Assembly: GCA_038153405.1 (NCBI GenBank)
Contig: JAYOYH010000049.1
Span: 1-31,890, forward strand
Reading direction: 5' to 3'
From: Gemmatimonadota bacterium
GTDB lineage: Bacteria > Latescibacterota > UBA2968 > UBA8231
DNA length: 31,890 nucleotides
Shown here: one piece after another, positions 1 to 8,113 of the stretch
Layout: every line of letters begins with the position of its first letter
Position numbering within the stretch: position 1 is the stretch's first letter
Notes under the pieces: generated by a model
What the model was told of the DNA's origin: nothing
What the model saw: only the letters and a program-made list of their open reading frames with translations
The model's database searches: none
Program-made: the position numbers and the translations under genes

Positions 1-120
1 CGCCGAGCGCGCGCCGGCGCCCACGTTCTGGATGTTAACGACGGCGTCGGCGACCACCGACGTCAGCGCAATAGCTGCAATCGCTATGGGAGCCGCCACA
101 TTCAGTCGTTGTTTTCTCAT
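1..120 (-). CDS. N-terminal fragment of a secreted/outer-membrane protein, probably PorV/PorQ/FadL-like beta-barrel (runs off window)
   Basis: Not in the ORF track; translated manually: ATG at 120 preceded by AAGGAGG RBS; MRKQRLNVAAPIAIAAIALTSVVADAVVNIQNVGAGARSA... = Sec signal peptide followed by a 'GAGARS' motif like the N-terminal G-AR-xx-G motif of PorV/FadL-type barrels. Confidence 0.55.
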   Translation of the reverse strand, partial: MRKQRLNVAAPIAIAAIALTSVVADAVVNIQNVGAGARSA

Positions 121-280
121 AAGAGCACCGCCTCCTTGGCCATTTAACGTGCCTCAATGCAAACTGTGGTTTCCCCTAAATATACAAGACGCGTACCCAC
201 AAGAAAAGTCCATAGTTTATTTTATTGTCGTCTTCCCTAGGGTAGATTGCCAAGCAGACCTATTCCAAAGGGCCCCCGTC

Positions 281-310
281 TTGACGGTCGAGGCCCGGTG
301 GGTTTACATT
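281..310 (+). promoter_or_regulatory. Putative sigma70-type promoter for the 406 gene
   Basis: TTGACG (281-286), 18-nt spacer, TACATT (305-310) in an AT-rich divergent intergenic region. Confidence 0.35.
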
Positions 311-405
311 TTTAGATATTAAATGAAATCAATAGCTTATAACTCAACGGCGAGAAGGCCAAACCACCGCTCCTTCCACCGGTCTTTCCCCACGCGTCCA
401 CGACG

Positions 406-1425
406 TTGAAGAAACCGCTCAAAACACTCCTGCAGTATGCCGTCAGCCTGGGCCTGATGAGTTTTTTCCTCTACTGGGCCTTTGCCGACCAGGACTTGAG
501 CCAACTTTGGAAAAGCATAACGGGCATCTCACTCCTGTGGGTTGGCCTCATCACGCTCATAACCCTCGGGACCCTTGTGGTTCGCGCCTGGCGCTGGAAC
601 GTCCTCCTGCGCCCATTCGCTCCGCAGGTAGGCCTTGTCGACAGCTCGCTTGCCCTTGCCATCTGCTACGCCTCTAACGTCGCCATACCACGCTCCGGCG
701 AAGTCCTGCGCACCGTCAGCCTAAAGTGGACGCGGCAGGCACCCATTAGCCCCATGCTGGCAACAGTCGTCGTCGAGCGCATTATCGATCTGTTTATGCT
801 CATTGTCTTTATCGGACTGGCCCTCCTTGTACAGCGCGGGCCAATCAATGAAGCGTACCCGTCGCTGGAAGTGGCCAGCCTTGCCGTCATGGGCCTGTGC
901 GTCGTCGCCCTCATCGGTTTGGGGATTATATCGATCTACAGGGATCGCGCACTGGCCGTACTCAGCCCGTGGATCGAACGCCTCTTTCCCCCGTTGGCCG
1001 AGCGCATTATCGACCTGCTACACACTTTTATAACCGGTCTTGAATCGCTGCAAAACCCACTGGCCTACGCTCAACTGGCGCTGAGTTCATTGCTGCTCAA
1101 CACGGGCTACGTGCTGATTATCTACGCGACTTTTGGGGGTATGGGACTGGCCGAAGCATTCCAACTCGGCCTGCCGGCATCGCTGGTGATCATGGCCATA
1201 TCTTCGCTGGGAGTGATCGTTCCGACCCCGGGCGGCATGGGGTCCTACCACATCGCATTCGCGCTCCCCCTGCAGCAGCTTTACCACCTGCCCGAGACGC
1301 AGGCCTTGGCCTGCGCAACGCTTGCCCACGCGCTGGCCACGCTCACCTATATCGCCATTGGAGCGCCCGCCCTGCTCTATCAGTGGTTGCAGCAGCGGCG
1401 AACGAGCGGCGCGGTAGAATGTTAA
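406..1425 (+). CDS. Lysylphosphatidylglycerol synthase TM / flippase-like (UPF0104) membrane protein
   Basis: Polytopic; family motifs RAWRW, P-RSGEVLR, VVERIID, VPTPGGMGSYH; TTG start uncertain. Confidence 0.85.
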   Translation: MKKPLKTLLQYAVSLGLMSFFLYWAFADQDLSQLWKSITGISLLWVGLITLITLGTLVVRAWRWNVLLRPFAPQVGLVDSSLALAICYASNVAIPRSGEVLRTVSLKWTRQAPISPMLATVVVERIIDLFMLIVFIGLALLVQRGPINEAYPSLEVASLAVMGLCVVALIGLGIISIYRDRALAVLSPWIERLFPPLAERIIDLLHTFITGLESLQNPLAYAQLALSSLLLNTGYVLIIYATFGGMGLAEAFQLGLPASLVIMAISSLGVIVPTPGGMGSYHIAFALPLQQLYHLPETQALACATLAHALATLTYIAIGAPALLYQWLQQRRTSGAVEC

Positions 1426-2270
1426 AGAACCCAAATAACCAACATCGAACCGCCGATATAGCCCACCGCTTCGATGAGGCCGGCGCCGATATTGGGCTCG
1501 TCTTCGGTCTGCTCCTCGGCCAGCGATTGTCCAGAGGCCAGCAGCAAGACGGTCAGCTTGCGTATCAGAAAAAGCACCGCCAAACCAAATAGCGCATCAA
1601 CCGCAAAGACCTCGACCCCCTCCCGCCAGCCGACAAAATCACCGGCAACCGCGACGCTGACAATATTGCCCAACCCAACGAGCACGCCGGCAAAGGCAAG
1701 CCCAACGGCGGCGTTATCGCGTTCCAATTCGGCATGAATGCTGTGGGGAGTTATCGCCTCGTACAGGCGACCGGCCAGCAGGAATAGAGCCTGGGCAAGT
1801 AGCCAAAAGACCAGCCCGCTCAGCCACGGACCGTTGCCCTGCACTATTGCCAGTACGATCAAACCGTTGGCAATGTGCATGCCCGCTTCGACAAAGGCCG
1901 TCCCCGCATTGTGATCCTCGACGATCTCCTTGGTGTTGTCAAAATGCGGCAACAGCACCTTCTCACAGATGAAACCTGCTACCAGCATAACGGCGATGGT
2001 CAGCAAGCCATATACTGCGATGCCGGTTACATCGGCCTGCCAACCAACCGATGGACCGGACAGGGCCCCTCCCAGAGCAATGCAAATGGCGATAAAATAG
2101 CCGCCCGCGGCAATGGCCAACGCGTGATTGTTTCGATCAAAGAGTTCGGCGCGCAGGTCGACTCGGCGAAACACCCCTGTATAGAGGACCTTTGCCAACC
2201 ATAGCAGGGCAAAACCCTCGAGCAGATAGACAATCGATTTGGCCCATGCCAAGCCATAGTTTTCTAACAT
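1422..2270 (-). CDS. DUF350 family membrane protein (tandem DUF350 repeats)
   Basis: Repeated 'EL/EI..N.A/G.A/G' units (ELFDRNNHALA, EIVEDHNAGTA, ELERDNAAVG, EDEPNIGAG) alternating with TM helices; GGGGAG RBS; context with DUF4178/SpeE/PspA. Confidence 0.8.
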   Translation of the reverse strand: MLENYGLAWAKSIVYLLEGFALLWLAKVLYTGVFRRVDLRAELFDRNNHALAIAAGGYFIAICIALGGALSGPSVGWQADVTGIAVYGLLTIAVMLVAGFICEKVLLPHFDNTKEIVEDHNAGTAFVEAGMHIANGLIVLAIVQGNGPWLSGLVFWLLAQALFLLAGRLYEAITPHSIHAELERDNAAVGLAFAGVLVGLGNIVSVAVAGDFVGWREGVEVFAVDALFGLAVLFLIRKLTVLLLASGQSLAEEQTEDEPNIGAGLIEAVGYIGGSMLVIWVL

Positions 2271-2278
2271 ATTCCCCC

Positions 2279-2995
2279 CTATTTACCGAAGGAGCGCGAA
2301 ACGCTGCTCCCCCAACTGGAACGGCTGCGCGTCTGCCCCATGCGACTCGATACCTTGTTGGCAAACGACTGCCGACGCTGGGTATGGCGCTGGTAGAATT
2401 CGGGCCGCGTCTTCTTGGTTTGGCTCCCGCGCGTGCCAAACGTTGACCCGCCGTCCCCGCTCTTCGGTCCGTAGTAGGGCTGGCCGCGTTCGCGGTTGCG
2501 TCGATAGCTCTCCCAATCTGAGCGACCGACGCCCCAGCCCCCCATTAGATCGCGCATAAGGGCGTATTGGCCGTAAAACTGCCAGAATCCACCCCCACCC
2601 CAAAACCCATAGCTTGGATTGCCCACGTACTGGTATCCGGCCGGATACGCCTGCTGGGCACCCGTGCGCTGCCCCTCGAGGCTCTTGGAGGCAACGACCA
2701 TTCCCACGTAGTTTTCGTAGCGGCCAAACACCTCACTACTGACTTCGAGCCAATCCGTTGTGCGCTGGGTATACACTAGGGTATCTCCGCTTGCCGAACG
2801 CTGACCGGCGGCAGTGACCACATTAAATCGGAGAAAATAGTCCGGGAAAAAACCGTCCTCGAACTTTAGGTCGTCGAGAATAAGGGAGTATTCCGGATAA
2901 CGTTCCAAGTCTCGCTGCAGATCGCGCACCGGATCGGTGCCGCTACTGCATCCGCTGCACAGAGCCCATGCTGATAAAAAGAGGATTATTCGCAA
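2279..2995 (-). CDS. Hypothetical lipoprotein with Gly/Ser/Arg-rich C-terminal tail
   Basis: Start re-called to TTG at 2995 (AAGGAG just upstream, right after the DUF4178 stop); MRIILFLSAWALCSGC = lipobox-like signal; YVGNPSYGFW..FW.FYGQY motif; tail ...SRSSWGSSVSRSFGK. Confidence 0.75.
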   Translation of the reverse strand: MRIILFLSAWALCSGCSSGTDPVRDLQRDLERYPEYSLILDDLKFEDGFFPDYFLRFNVVTAAGQRSASGDTLVYTQRTTDWLEVSSEVFGRYENYVGMVVASKSLEGQRTGAQQAYPAGYQYVGNPSYGFWGGGGFWQFYGQYALMRDLMGGWGVGRSDWESYRRNRERGQPYYGPKSGDGGSTFGTRGSQTKKTRPEFYQRHTQRRQSFANKVSSRMGQTRSRSSWGSSVSRSFGK

Positions 2996-2999
2996 ACGC

Positions 3000-3542
3000 T
3001 CACTCCTTTGCGGCAGGGAGGATATCGGCGAATTGATATTCCTCCACCCGAAGGCCCGCATAAGCCGAAAATTCGCGATCTCCCCACTGGTTGATAAAGA
3101 GCACCTGTCCCCCATCGGCAGCAAAAGACCAACTGACAAATTCCCGGCCTTCTCCCGTTTCAGCTTCTCGATACAGGCCCGCACTCGACTCGATAGCATC
3201 GTAGTGCAACCCGGCGTAGGTCAGCTGCTCGGGCGGATCGCCATCGCACCGTATGGCCTCACCTACATCGCCGTCGATTGACCGCAAATCGATGGCCGCC
3301 GTCAGCGACCACAGCATGCGACCATCCTCTTCGCCGCCTTCTAAAAAGCGGATATCATCGCCGGAACGCAGGGTCCACTCACGCGCTATATAGCCATCGT
3401 AATCGTAAGTTCCACAGGCTGTTACTTGCCAGGTCTTCATATCGTAATCCAGCATATAGCCGACCTGCATGGAGGCGAGAGTCGGCTCCGTAAAGTCGAC
3501 ATCTTCTTCCTTTTTCTTGCCAAAAAATCGTTCGAATACCAT
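3000..3542 (-). CDS. DUF4178 domain protein
   Basis: Start re-called to ATG 3542 (GAAGGAG RBS); MVFERFFGKK.. then 'W.V....YD.....REW.L' pattern and acidic beta-rich body typical of DUF4178; operon context. Confidence 0.75.
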   Translation of the reverse strand: MVFERFFGKKKEEDVDFTEPTLASMQVGYMLDYDMKTWQVTACGTYDYDGYIAREWTLRSGDDIRFLEGGEEDGRMLWSLTAAIDLRSIDGDVGEAIRCDGDPPEQLTYAGLHYDAIESSAGLYREAETGEGREFVSWSFAADGGQVLFINQWGDREFSAYAGLRVEEYQFADILPAAKE

Positions 3543-3555
3543 AGTACCGGCTCCT

Positions 3556-5115
3556 TCAGAACCAAGCGCTCCAGTCCTCACGATAATAACGCGATAGGAC
3601 GGGCTTATCAAGTCGGTTTATTGGGGTTGCAATGCGCCCCATATCCCCGGAAAAGACCTTCATAGCTTCCCAGACATGGGCATCTACATGGCGAAGGGGC
3701 GCACTAAACTCTATCTGAGTATCGCGCGCATTCCGCATGCCCAGCTGAAAGCCCCATTCGCCAAAGGAAGGCACATTGAGGTGGTATGGCACGACGTGCA
3801 AACCAGCCGCCTCCATCGTCTTGCCAATGCACCAAAAGGCGCGCCGGGCATAGTAAGGCGAAGTGGCCTGCGTCACCATCACCCCCCCGGGGGCTAGCAA
3901 GCGCTTGGCCATTTCGTAGCCTTCGCGCGAGTAGAGCTTCGCCAACCCCTCCTCGCGGGGATCGGGCAAGTCAAAGAGCACGACGTCGTATGCGGGATGA
4001 TCCCGCTGTAAAAAGGCGAACCCATCGGCATGGGTTATATGCACCTGCTGTCGGTTGAGGGCATTTTGGTTGATCCGCGCTATGTGGGGATTGCGCGCAG
4101 CTAGGCGCGTGACGGCCGGATCCAAATCGACCAGATCGACGTGTTCGACCTGCGGATATTTTAATACCTCCCGCACGGTCAGCCCGTCCCCGCCGCCAAT
4201 AACCAGAACGCGTTTTTTTGCATGGGCCAATTCCATAGCCGGATGCACCAGCGCCTCGTGATAGCGAAACTCATCGACCGAGGCAAATTGCAAATGGCCG
4301 TCTAAGTAAAGGCGAATCTGATCGCCGCGGGTCGTCAGCACGATGTTCTGATAGGCCGACTGTTCCTGGTGGGCAATGGGGTCTTCGTACATGGCACTTT
4401 CCCACGCCCCAACAAGCGGTTGAGTATAGAATAGAAGGGCGAGCAGAAACGCACCGACGGCGCCGACCTGAGCGTAGAGCATCCTCTTTAAGCGGATATC
4501 GATCTGTCGTCTAAAGGTCAGCAAGACGGCCAATCCCACCGCCCAATTGACGATGCCCGTGAGCACAGAAGTATACATGGCGCCCCAAAAGGGCAGCAGC
4601 AGGTAGGGGAACAGAACGGCGGCAAAGAGCGAGCCGCAATAGTCCATGGACAGCGCATTGGCCAGAGCCGAACGCAGCGAGTCGTACTGGCGGAGAATGC
4701 GCGTCAGCAGAGGTATTTCCAACCCTATCAGCGTACCAATGCAGACGATGAGTAGGAGCATACCATAGCGAAAGTGCCCAGTATAGGTATAGAGAGCGTA
4801 GAGAATGCTTACGGCACTGCCGCCTATCCACGCCAGGCCAATTTCAACCTGAATAAAGCGCACGAGCAAGTTGGCGTGAATCCAACGGGAAAACCAGGAG
4901 CCCAGCCCCATCGAGAACAGAAAGAATCCAATCGTCAGCGAGAATTGCTCCACGCTCCCTCCCAGAAAGAGCGCAGATGTGCTGCCAATGAGCAATTCGT
5001 AGACTATGGCACAACCCGCTGCAACGAGGATCCCTGCCAACAGCATCGACAGGCCCAGGCGCGAAGGTCTATCCTCCATGGTCGCGTTATCCACGGAGGG
5101 AAGTATTGAATTCAT
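3556..5115 (-). CDS. speE: Polyamine aminopropyltransferase (spermidine synthase) with N-terminal multi-TM domain
   Basis: About 7 N-terminal TM helices; LYLDGHLQF, DEFRYHEALVHP, VLVIGGGDG, VDLDP, DLPDP, VPSFGEWGF motifs; alternative start at 5079. Confidence 0.9.
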   Translation of the reverse strand: MNSILPSVDNATMEDRPSRLGLSMLLAGILVAAGCAIVYELLIGSTSALFLGGSVEQFSLTIGFFLFSMGLGSWFSRWIHANLLVRFIQVEIGLAWIGGSAVSILYALYTYTGHFRYGMLLLIVCIGTLIGLEIPLLTRILRQYDSLRSALANALSMDYCGSLFAAVLFPYLLLPFWGAMYTSVLTGIVNWAVGLAVLLTFRRQIDIRLKRMLYAQVGAVGAFLLALLFYTQPLVGAWESAMYEDPIAHQEQSAYQNIVLTTRGDQIRLYLDGHLQFASVDEFRYHEALVHPAMELAHAKKRVLVIGGGDGLTVREVLKYPQVEHVDLVDLDPAVTRLAARNPHIARINQNALNRQQVHITHADGFAFLQRDHPAYDVVLFDLPDPREEGLAKLYSREGYEMAKRLLAPGGVMVTQATSPYYARRAFWCIGKTMEAAGLHVVPYHLNVPSFGEWGFQLGMRNARDTQIEFSAPLRHVDAHVWEAMKVFSGDMGRIATPINRLDKPVLSRYYREDWSAWF

Positions 5116-6748
5116 GACCTAAAAAGGCCATGGCCTCTTCCGCTGCGGCAATGCCCGAATAGAGCGCCTCTTCAAAGAGGGGCAAACCCGAACGGTCGCA
5201 GCCGGCCAAAAATACACCACGCGGCCCCCGTTGACGCCACCGACTTTCCTCACCCCACAGCAGGCCCGGAGCCGGCCGCAGGATGCCGTGTCCCCATCGA
5301 TAGATATCGATGCGCTCAATGCTATCGGCCATTTCGAGATCGGTTTGCGCTAGATCGCTGACGATAAACTCAACCCAGCGGCGATGATCGGCCTGCAGCA
5401 GTTCCCTGCGCGCCGCGGCAAGCCCATCGACAAAAGGCAAATAATACACCAGCACTTGCCGCCCGTTAGCAGACGGATTTTGGTGCGAGGCGTTTATATA
5501 GCCCAGCGAAGTGCTGGCATAGACGACACTATCCCAAGCTGACACCGACCGCTCCCTCCCCTCTTTTATCAGCACAGCAGCTACCAACCAAGGGCTGTAC
5601 TCAAGCGCCCTCAGCGCAGCCTGCTGTGCTGAGGGTAACTGGGGCAGCACATAGGGCAAGGTGTGCAGTTTCCCTGCGTAAATTACCGCATTGGCGCGGA
5701 TGAGCGATCGCGCGCCTGCGCCGAGGTCAACCAGCGAGAGGCGTTGCGCTTGACCACCCTCTTCGATGCGCATGACCAAGTGCTGCGTCCACACTTGGTC
5801 CGCTTCCAAGCCGGCGCTCAGTCCCCGCACCAGACGGCCATTGCCATCGGGCCAAGTCAGGGTATGGGATGGGTATTGATCGCTTAGGCGATAATCGTAT
5901 TCGCGGCAGGCAAAATAGTGTATGCCAGCCCAAGCCGATACATTACGCGCGAGGCTGCCGTAGTCGTCGCGACAAGCGTAATCTACGTACCAGCGCAGGG
6001 GGGCGCTGTCGAGCCCCTCTTGCCGCAAGTAGTCTGCCATATTTAGCTGGTCGAGTGCGCGCAGTTGGGGATCGCCGCTGCTGTAGCGCAGCGGCAGAGT
6101 AAAAGCGCGACGCCCATCGCGCCCTTTGTACAAGGCCCATCGCAGCATAATATCGCGAAAGCGCAGCAGATCTTCGCGCTGGCTAGCAGAGGCGGCAGCC
6201 AGCGGTTCTAATCCCTCCTGCCAGCGCCCGTCGACAAAAAGCCGTTCGTGCGGCCAGCGCAAAAGGGCATCGGCTTCTATCAGCGGCCAGCCGCGCGCAT
6301 CGTAGCCCTCAATGACGCCGATATCGCACAGCACCTCGTGCACGCAATCGGCCTCGCGCGGAGGCACGTTGATATAGTGAGCGCCCCAGGGATGAAGCAC
6401 GCCGCCCAGCTCGCCGCTGAGCGATGTCCCCCCGCAAGCTGCACTTTGTTCCAATACGACGATGCGCTCGATGCCGGACTGCCGCAGCTTCCAAGCCGCA
6501 CACAGACCCGAAACGCCACCGCCGACGATGGCCACATCAAAGGGCCTATGGCCCAGGTCGGCGTAGGCGCTCTCGTCCTTACCCTCACCAGACCAAAGCG
6601 CGTGAGCTGCGACCGGATTGGGATTGGCAAAAGCCCCACCAATGCCAGCGACATCGGCCACTGAGGTCGCGTCGCCCAAGTGGCAGCCGATGCCGTGCGG
6701 CCAGCTACTGCAGGCGGCAAGAAGCTTGATAAACGCTCGGCGTTTCAC
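5087..6748 (-). CDS. FAD-dependent oxidoreductase (flavin amine oxidase family), Tat-like signal
   Basis: MKRRAFIKLL twin-arginine N-terminus; DVAIVGGGVSGL dinucleotide fold; GG/WGAHY motifs; YACRDDYG, RWGHG, LPLFEEA motifs seen in speE-linked oxidases. Confidence 0.85.
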   Translation of the reverse strand: MKRRAFIKLLAACSSWPHGIGCHLGDATSVADVAGIGGAFANPNPVAAHALWSGEGKDESAYADLGHRPFDVAIVGGGVSGLCAAWKLRQSGIERIVVLEQSAACGGTSLSGELGGVLHPWGAHYINVPPREADCVHEVLCDIGVIEGYDARGWPLIEADALLRWPHERLFVDGRWQEGLEPLAAASASQREDLLRFRDIMLRWALYKGRDGRRAFTLPLRYSSGDPQLRALDQLNMADYLRQEGLDSAPLRWYVDYACRDDYGSLARNVSAWAGIHYFACREYDYRLSDQYPSHTLTWPDGNGRLVRGLSAGLEADQVWTQHLVMRIEEGGQAQRLSLVDLGAGARSLIRANAVIYAGKLHTLPYVLPQLPSAQQAALRALEYSPWLVAAVLIKEGRERSVSAWDSVVYASTSLGYINASHQNPSANGRQVLVYYLPFVDGLAAARRELLQADHRRWVEFIVSDLAQTDLEMADSIERIDIYRWGHGILRPAPGLLWGEESRWRQRGPRGVFLAGCDRSGLPLFEEALYSGIAAAEEAMAFLGHEFNTSLRG

Positions 6749-6785
6749 GCCTAAGCCCTAGCCGCACGCATCGGATCGGGCCGCC

Positions 6786-7484
6786 CTACATGCCCATTTT
6801 GGCTTTGAGTTTAGCCAGTGAATCGTCGGAGGATGCACTGCTCCCCAGCGCTTTTTCGATTTCGTCGTCCACTGTCTTCGTGCCGTCGGCCATTTCACCA
6901 TAGGCCTGAGCCAGCGATTCCTGCTCTTCGACCTTGGCTTTCATGCGCTCTAATAGGCCCACTGTTCCTCGCGAGTCGACATTGGCCAAATGCTGGTTTA
7001 TTTTGCGCGTAGCATTGGCCGTTTTCGTCCGCGCTTTCAGCGTGACCAGATCGTTTTCGTAGGAGCCAATCTTCGACTTCAAATCGTTGACATTGGACTG
7101 CAGTTTAGTCGCCATCTGCTGCTGCTGCTCGGCCTGGGCCAACGTTTCGACATGGCGCTGCTGCGATTCCTCCATGCGCGTGAGGGCTTCGCGCGCAAGG
7201 CGTTCGGCTTCCGCTTGCTCCAATTGCCCATCCTGCGCCTTCTGCAACAGCAGCATGGCCTTGCGCTCGTAGTCGGCAGCCCGATTGCCGTGCTCGTCTC
7301 GTTCGCGCTCAAGGCGAATCGCAATGGCCTTTACTTCGGCTAGAGCCTGCGTGCTCTCATGCAGATCTTTTTTTAAATCGCGAATAGCCTGTTCGCTCAT
7401 TTTTATGGGATCTTCTAACTTATCGATTACGGCATGGGCCTCGGCCTGGCCCGTTTTAAACAGTCGTTCAAATATGCCTGGCAT
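6786..7484 (-). CDS. pspA: PspA/IM30 (Vipp1/ESCRT-III-like) family protein
   Basis: Start ATG 7484 (GGGGAG RBS); amphipathic MPGIFERLFK, LEDPIKMSEQAIRDL, long coiled coil, ERMKAKV, C-terminal LAKLKAKMG. Confidence 0.92.
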   Translation of the reverse strand: MPGIFERLFKTGQAEAHAVIDKLEDPIKMSEQAIRDLKKDLHESTQALAEVKAIAIRLERERDEHGNRAADYERKAMLLLQKAQDGQLEQAEAERLAREALTRMEESQQRHVETLAQAEQQQQMATKLQSNVNDLKSKIGSYENDLVTLKARTKTANATRKINQHLANVDSRGTVGLLERMKAKVEEQESLAQAYGEMADGTKTVDDEIEKALGSSASSDDSLAKLKAKMGM

Positions 7485-7488
7485 GATT

Positions 7489-7887
7489 TTACTCCCCTGC
7501 AAAAGTCAAAAGTTCGTCGCCGTTTTCGGCTAACCCTAGGCTTAGGGCATTTAGCGTGCCTTCCAATTCGTTGAGGTCGAGATTTTCTAGCGCAAGCGTA
7601 TTGCGGTAGAGCAGCGCATCCCCCTCTTCATTCAGCACAAAAGCGCCGTAGACCAATTCGCGATTCATTTGCAGCAGGCGCTTATAAACGGCCGCATCGG
7701 CGCTGTTGGGAATACGGATTATAAGTTGCTCTATGACGAGTACGGTTTCCTCGCAGTCGATCACGAGGTGATTGATCGCCCGTTCTTCGTCGTGGACAAT
7801 TAAGATCTCCTCCTCGGAAATCTCGCGCTCAATAGCCAACCCCAAATCGAGGACGTACTCTCGAACCTGGCTTAATGCTTCTGACAT
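7489..7887 (-). CDS. YbjN / CesT-like chaperone-fold protein
   Basis: 132 aa, acidic; 'LLQMNRELVYGAFVL', 'NLDLNELEGTLNAL' motifs; GAGGAGG RBS; directly upstream of pspA. Confidence 0.8.
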   Translation of the reverse strand: MSEALSQVREYVLDLGLAIEREISEEEILIVHDEERAINHLVIDCEETVLVIEQLIIRIPNSADAAVYKRLLQMNRELVYGAFVLNEEGDALLYRNTLALENLDLNELEGTLNALSLGLAENGDELLTFAGE

Positions 7888-8113
7888 GGTATCCTCCTCG
7901 TACCTATGAACTCTTTTGATGCCCGGGCACGCTCAGTAGTTCCACGGTGGTGCGCGTCTATATGTTGATTTTCTAACCGGATTAGCAGTGGGAAACCGCC
8001 AAATCACTTGCCTAAGACAGCGCGAATGGGCGGCTATAGAATTGGCCTGCCGACCGGAATACTACAGATTGTGCATGGTCGAACATACACGTGGGGAAAC
8101 GCTTTGTAAAGCG

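Noticed and set aside
32..322. 96-aa + strand ORF
   Set aside because: Antisense to the RBS-supported minus-strand gene starting at 120 and runs through promoter-like AT-rich DNA; no family motif
1422..1425. Convergent stop codons overlapping in TTAA (similar 1-nt gap between ridA and ftsH)
   Set aside because: Common in compact genomes; no functional inference supportable
2996..3199. N-terminal extension of the 306-aa ORF
   Set aside because: Overlaps the DUF4178 gene; TTG at 2995 has an RBS and yields a lipoprotein signal peptide
7984..8002. Possible sigma54 promoter for the psp operon (TTGGCGGTTTCCCACTGC on minus strand)
   Set aside because: GG-to-GC spacing is 12 or 9 nt, not the required 10
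7888..8113. Possible riboswitch or ncRNA upstream of the polyamine/PspA operon
   Set aside because: No SAM or other riboswitch consensus or convincing stem set recognised by eye; an Rfam/Infernal scan would settle it
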